Part shown: positions 29,391 to 32,000 of the stretch, piece by piece | Position numbering within the stretch: position 1 is the stretch's first letter | How the letters are laid out: each line of letters starts with the position of its first letter | Source of the DNA: Xylella taiwanensis | GTDB lineage: Bacteria > Pseudomonadota > Gammaproteobacteria > Xanthomonadales > Xanthomonadaceae | DNA: 32,000 nt | NCBI RefSeq assembly: GCF_013177435.1 | Contig: NZ_CP053627.1 | Coordinates: 1,740,001-1,772,000, forward strand | Direction: 5' to 3' | Position numbers and translations under genes: made by a program | The notes under the pieces: model-generated | What the model saw: the letters and a program-made list of their open reading frames with translations, nothing else | Database searches by the model: none | What the model was told of the DNA's origin: nothing

Positions 29391-29627
29391 TTAATAGTGC
29401 GGCGGTGGTTCGTCGATCGGATGCACGTACAGTGTATTGCGTACCTTGCCCAACTCCTCGAGCAGATGACGAATCAACTCAGCATTACGGGTCCCCTTCA
29501 AGCAAGTCTCCGCCAACACTTCGCTTATTTCAGCCAACGCCTGTTCTTGGAAAGAGAGACGCGTTTCCAGCTCGATCAAGCGCGCTTCAAACGCACAGTC
29601 ACACGGTCCCGGTGCTTCTTCATGCAT
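29391..29627 (-). CDS. slyX: SlyX-family protein
   Basis: The internal ATG at 29627 gives the 78-aa product [64 protein letters not shown]... This is the SlyX coiled-coil pattern (RL.ELE.RL.FQE..). The ORF track's longer version (to 29723) would run deep into ugd. Confidence 0.8.
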   Translation of the reverse strand: MHEEAPGPCDCAFEARLIELETRLSFQEQALAEISEVLAETCLKGTRNAELIRHLLEELGKVRNTLYVHPIDEPPPHY

Positions 29628-30972
29628 ACAACGAACGACCTCGCCCAATCCCATAGTAGGCCAACCCAGCTGCTTCAATCTCCTGCGGATCATAAAGGTT
29701 GCGGCCATCAAACACGACAGCATCTCTCAAAGCATCTCGAATGCCAAAAAAATCCGGACTGCGGAATTGTGTCCACTCAGTCACTACAACCAACGCATCG
29801 GCTCGTTGCAACGCCGCATACGCGGTTTCACAAAATACCAAATCATCACGTTCACCGAATATCCTACGCGCCTCCTGCATAGCCTCCGGATCATAAGCGC
29901 GCACTTGGGCGCCAGCCTCCCACAACTGCATCAACAATCGGCGGCTGGAAGCCTCACGCATATCATCCGTATTAGGTTTGAACGCCAGTCCCCACACTGC
30001 GAAGGTTTTTCCAGCCAAGACCATGCTCTCACCGCTAGATCCATAGTGGCGCAGGATGAGTTCAAACAGATGCCCCTTCTGTGCATGATTGACCTCTTCC
30101 ACCGCGTCAAGCAGTTTCGGCTCCACACCGTATTGCCGTGCAGTACGGGCCAACGCCCTTACATCCTTGGGGAAACACGAACCACCATAGCCAACTCCGG
30201 GATAGATAAAGTGCCAACCGATGCGTGGATCAGAACCGATGCCATTACGCACATATTCAATATCAGCCCCGACACGCTCAGCAATATTGGCCATCTCGTT
30301 CATAAAACTGATCTTAGTCGCCAACATTGCATTGGCCGCATATTTGGTCAGTTCGGCCGACCGTACGTCCATCTCGACAATACGATCATGGTTACGGTTG
30401 AAAGGCGCATACAGGCGACGTATTCGAGCCACTGCATCCGGATTTCTGGCGCCAATGACAATACGATCCGGACGCATACAGTCGGCAACCGCATCACCTT
30501 CCTTCAGGAACTCCGGATTGGACATCACCTCAAACTCAAAGTCCACGCCACGTCTATCCATCTCATGCTGGATTGCAGCACGCACCTGATCGGCAGTACC
30601 CACCGGCACCGTCGACTTATTGACCACAATCACCGGCCCGTCGATGCACTGGCCGATAGTACGTGCCACCGCTAACACGTACTGCAAGTCAGCAGCACCA
30701 TCCTCATCCGGCGGTGTACCAACAGCGATAAAAATAATCTCACCATGGGCAATGGCAGCGGCTGCATCGGTAGTAAAGCGCAGTCGGCCAGTTGCATGGT
30801 TGGCCTTGACCATCGGCTCCAAGCCAGGCTCATAAATAGGGATAACTCCACGATTGAGACCATCAACCTTCACTTGGTTGATATCAACACAAAACACCTC
30901 ATTTCCGACTTCAGCAAGGCAAGTTCCTGTGACGAGACCAACATAACCAGTACCGAAAATCGCAACATGCAT
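29620..30972 (-). CDS. ugd: UDP-glucose 6-dehydrogenase
   Basis: The N-terminal Rossmann motif is [26 protein letters not shown]. The catalytic Cys block is [13 protein letters not shown], and the C-terminal UDP-binding domain is present. 450 aa. Confidence 0.95.
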   Translation of the reverse strand: MHVAIFGTGYVGLVTGTCLAEVGNEVFCVDINQVKVDGLNRGVIPIYEPGLEPMVKANHATGRLRFTTDAAAAIAHGEIIFIAVGTPPDEDGAADLQYVLAVARTIGQCIDGPVIVVNKSTVPVGTADQVRAAIQHEMDRRGVDFEFEVMSNPEFLKEGDAVADCMRPDRIVIGARNPDAVARIRRLYAPFNRNHDRIVEMDVRSAELTKYAANAMLATKISFMNEMANIAERVGADIEYVRNGIGSDPRIGWHFIYPGVGYGGSCFPKDVRALARTARQYGVEPKLLDAVEEVNHAQKGHLFELILRHYGSSGESMVLAGKTFAVWGLAFKPNTDDMREASSRRLLMQLWEAGAQVRAYDPEAMQEARRIFGERDDLVFCETAYAALQRADALVVVTEWTQFRSPDFFGIRDALRDAVVFDGRNLYDPQEIEAAGLAYYGIGRGRSLYA

Positions 30973-30980
30973 AGAGATGA

Positions 30981-30986
30981 CTCCTT
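30981..30986 (-). promoter_or_regulatory. Shine-Dalgarno site of ugd (AAGGAG)
   Basis: The - strand reads TAAGGAGTCATCTCTATG, with AAGGAG 8 nt upstream of the ugd ATG (30972). It sits in the 23-nt spacer after the FKBP gene stop. Confidence 0.6.
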
Positions 30987-30995
30987 AGGCGGGGA

Positions 30996-31952
30996 TTAAG
31001 GAAGGATACCTAGGAGCTCTACATCAAAGGTCAACGTTGTATCAGGACCAATCGGACCACCCGGAGTCCCTTGCTCGCCATAGGCCAGATGAGGAGCAAT
31101 CCAAAAACGGTACTTGGAACCGACAGCCATTAACGATACACCTTCGGACCAGCCTTTAATCACTTGGTCCAGGTTGAACTCAACCGGCTGACCACGCTGG
31201 TAAGAGCTATCAAACACCTGGCCGTTGAGTAGCTTGCCCTCATAGTTGACACGCACCTTGCTACTTGGGGTCGGGCGTGCGCCGCTACCTTGCCGCAATA
31301 CCATGTACTGGAGACCCGAAGTGGTGGTGACCACGCCCTTCTCGTTCTTGTTCTTAGATAGAAAAGCCTTGCCATCATCGCGATTTTTTCCGGCAATCAC
31401 GGCCTGTTTAGAAGCTGCGAACGATTGCATCGTTGTCGCCATTTCCTGTTCATTCATCAACGGTACACGCTTTGCGAAGCGAGTACGCAGTGCCTGCAGA
31501 AGGACGGGAAGATCAATATCGTCTTTGATCGCAAGCAGTGACGGACCGATCATATAGCCACCCAGCAATAGACCAACGTTCTCTTTAGATACAGCAGGCA
31601 CTGTACTACCCGGCGTCTGCTGTTGCCCGGAACGAACAGCCAACACAGCACGGAGCGCCGTATCGGTCGCCTGAGCCACTTCTTCCGAGATCAAAGGCGG
31701 CCCTCCTTTGAACGCATTCTCGATGGCACGCTGTAGTGCAGAAACATCAATATCTTGGGCAATCAGCTCGAACAAATGCGCTCTCGCGATGTCCAAACCG
31801 ATGGCATAACTCACTTTCTCCTTCTCGGTCTTCAACACCGTTTTTTCCTGATTGTTCACAACCGCGGCCAACTGTTGCGACATAGCGGGCAAGGAGGCCG
31901 ACATTACTGCGACCAGTAGTGACACGACAGCATTGCGCATTTCCATCTTCAT
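30996..31952 (-). CDS. FKBP-type peptidyl-prolyl cis-trans isomerase, periplasmic (FkpA/Mip-like)
   Basis: It has a signal peptide (MRNAVVSLLVAVMSASLPAMSQQ) and a long helical N-terminal dimerisation region. The C-terminal FKBP domain is GLQYMVLRQGSGARPTPSSKVRVNYEGKLLNGQVFDSSYQRGQPVEFNLDQVIKGWSEGVSLMAVGSKYRFWIAPHLAYGEQG. Confidence 0.92.
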   Translation of the reverse strand: MKMEMRNAVVSLLVAVMSASLPAMSQQLAAVVNNQEKTVLKTEKEKVSYAIGLDIARAHLFELIAQDIDVSALQRAIENAFKGGPPLISEEVAQATDTALRAVLAVRSGQQQTPGSTVPAVSKENVGLLLGGYMIGPSLLAIKDDIDLPVLLQALRTRFAKRVPLMNEQEMATTMQSFAASKQAVIAGKNRDDGKAFLSKNKNEKGVVTTTSGLQYMVLRQGSGARPTPSSKVRVNYEGKLLNGQVFDSSYQRGQPVEFNLDQVIKGWSEGVSLMAVGSKYRFWIAPHLAYGEQGTPGGPIGPDTTLTFDVELLGILP

Positions 31953-32000
31953 TCAGTGCTATTCCTGGAAGGATAAAATCATGAGGTAAGCCGCGACTGC

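Noticed and set aside
29238-29882. 214-aa + strand ORF spanning the DUF2058 start, slyX and the ugd end
   Set aside because: It is antisense to three genes with recognisable products, has no motifs, and shows Arg/Gln/His-rich shadow-frame composition.
29767-30675. 302-aa ORF on the + strand, the longest non-annotated ORF in the ORF track
   Set aside because: It lies entirely antisense to ugd, whose - strand product has unmistakable UDP-glucose dehydrogenase motifs. The + strand product is low-complexity (His/Arg/Ile/Thr-rich) with no motif. It is a typical shadow ORF of a moderately GC-rich gene.
31959-32000. Possible 3' end of another - strand gene at the window edge (...AVAAYLMILSFQE*)
   Set aside because: Only 13 codons are visible, which is far too short to distinguish from chance.

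Overview
This is a 32-kb chromosomal window of roughly 50% G+C. The proteins and gene order (serS, serC-pheA-aroA, a NatAB-like ABC pair, ugd, a Mip-like FKBP) look Xanthomonadaceae-like, most like a Xylella/Xanthomonas-type genome. That placement is inferred from remembered protein families, not from a search. I can support 21 intact-looking CDS: 16 on the - strand and 5 on the + strand, with one cut by the window start. There is also one clear pseudogene, a thiolase riddled with stop codons. I saw no rRNA or tRNA genes, no CRISPR array, and no recognisable transposase, integrase or phage genes.

The content is mostly housekeeping:
- Amino-acid metabolism and translation: serS, serC, pheA, aroA.
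- Two TonB_C-domain proteins.
- A three-gene operon with overlapping stop/start codons: secreted S33 hydrolase, ABC ATPase, ABC-2 permease.
- A class-C-beta-lactamase-family serine hydrolase.
- A TetR regulator and an ArsR-methyltransferase fusion.
- A three-gene sugar operon, also with overlapping stop/start codons: FucP/GluP-type symporter, PfkB fructokinase, AGE-family epimerase/isomerase.
- A DUF2058 - slyX - ugd - FKBP block.

The most striking property is low coding density. Only about 21 of 32 kb is covered by intact genes, and nine ORF-poor gaps of 0.7-2.3 kb separate them. One gap holds the decayed thiolase. Another holds a visibly AT-rich island (about 20.4-21.65 kb) containing only broken reading frames. 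Intergenic DNA on the + strand is C>G and A-rich, which fits the - strand being the leading strand.

I did not find a convincing intact multi-gene novel system such as a defence island. The best leads are:
- the AT-rich degenerate island;
- an orphan 295-aa protein with no motif I recognise;
- the hydrolase-ABC operon;
- a small hydrophobic ORF with a Shine-Dalgarno (SD) site, divergent from the TetR gene;
- the 1.8-kb gene-less stretch upstream of the sugar operon.
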